A stretch of 64,000 nt of DNA from Octopus bimaculoides (lineage: Eukaryota). The stretch covers positions 52,055,551 to 52,119,550 of the forward strand of contig NC_068992.1 of assembly GCF_001194135.2 (NCBI RefSeq), given 5' to 3'. The translations under genes were made by a program, and so were the position numbers. Of this stretch, positions 63,001 through 64,000 are shown in pieces. Every line of letters starts with the position of its first letter. Within the stretch, counting starts at the first letter, position 1. The notes under the pieces were generated by a model. That model was not told where the DNA came from, did no database searches, and was given only the letters and a program-made list of their open reading frames with translations.

Positions 63001-64000
63001 CACAGGTAACTAATAATGTTAGACAGATGAAATTTGAATTGTCATGCAGCTAATCTTTTGTAGTTTTCCATTTACAATTATCATCTGAACTGGTGCACAC
63101 TGAACTGTTACCTTTGAAACATTTATCAAATATAATGAACCTGTGATATTTTTACTGCCCTTTGTAGAACAAACCTTATTTTCCACTCTCTGACATACAT
63201 AAAATCATAACAAATTACTAGTTATGTTTTAGAACTGACTGAATCTACTATGTTCCCCTCCTAAAAATATTTGCATTATATTAATTTGAAAGGAATCCTT
63301 ATAATTTCCCATGTCTCAGTTACTGAAAACTTTTTCTCTCAAATTTTTATAGCTTGTAGCATATTAAAGCAAATGCTTTCACAAGTGAATGTTTGTTAGT
63401 AACCAGTAAACTATAGAAGAAATAAATCGCTACTAATGCTATCGTGAAAACTATCCTTTAAATACATTGTTGAATGAGAATTTTATTTTAGTTCAAGTGC
63501 TGTCATGGCTGTGTGATTAAGAGGTTTGTTTCATGGTTTCAAGTTCTGCTTCGCTCTATGGTAATTTAGAGAAGTGAGTTCTACTGTAGTTACAAGACAA
63601 TCAACGCCTTATGTGTTGATCTGAAAAGTGGAAAAAGAAAGAAGATTGTTATGTATGTATGTATGACAGTTGGCTGTACACCACTGTCATACCGTTATGA
63701 TGTTCACTTTCCCATAGCTGGGCATGAAAAGCATGTTTAGCCTTGGAAGATATTACCTTGTTTGGAAACTGGTGATGATTGGTGATAGAAAGGGCATCTG
63801 TCTGTAGAAAGTCTGTCTCGGCAAATTCTGTCTGACCCATAGAAGCATGGAAAAGTGGATGCTAAAAATGGCAATGATGATAATGATGAAGATAATGATG
63901 ATGATGTTATGCATGAAGGCTTTCATCTGTAGTTATAGATACTATTACCCACTGTATTACCGATACCTTTTCATAATATATGCATTGATTTATTTCAACA

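Overview
AT-rich eukaryotic DNA saturated with microsatellites and broken by about 15 N-gaps. The repeat landscape resembles a cephalopod (Octopus-like) draft assembly; this is inferred from pattern, not from a database search. I found no intact or recognisable host protein-coding gene, so the window looks intergenic or deep-intronic. Almost all interpretable sequence is transposon debris: three or four high-copy SINE or retroposon-tail families, RTE-clade LINE fragments, R4/Dong-type restriction-like-endonuclease LINE ends, Penelope-like GIY-YIG relics, Tc1, mariner and maT relics, a mariner-derived MITE and a Chapaev3 (CMC) transposase relic. The observations most worth follow-up are four. 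(1) An interstitial (TTAGGG)n array sits inside a SINE, at that SINE family's own G-rich seed. (2) Hammerhead-ribozyme-like motifs occur at Penelope-like termini. (3) A Dong-like element is inserted within a (TAA)n tract beside an older copy. (4) A 139-bp near-perfect palindrome abuts a gap. I cannot support a claim of a wholly new biological system. Repeat boundaries were read by eye and are approximate.
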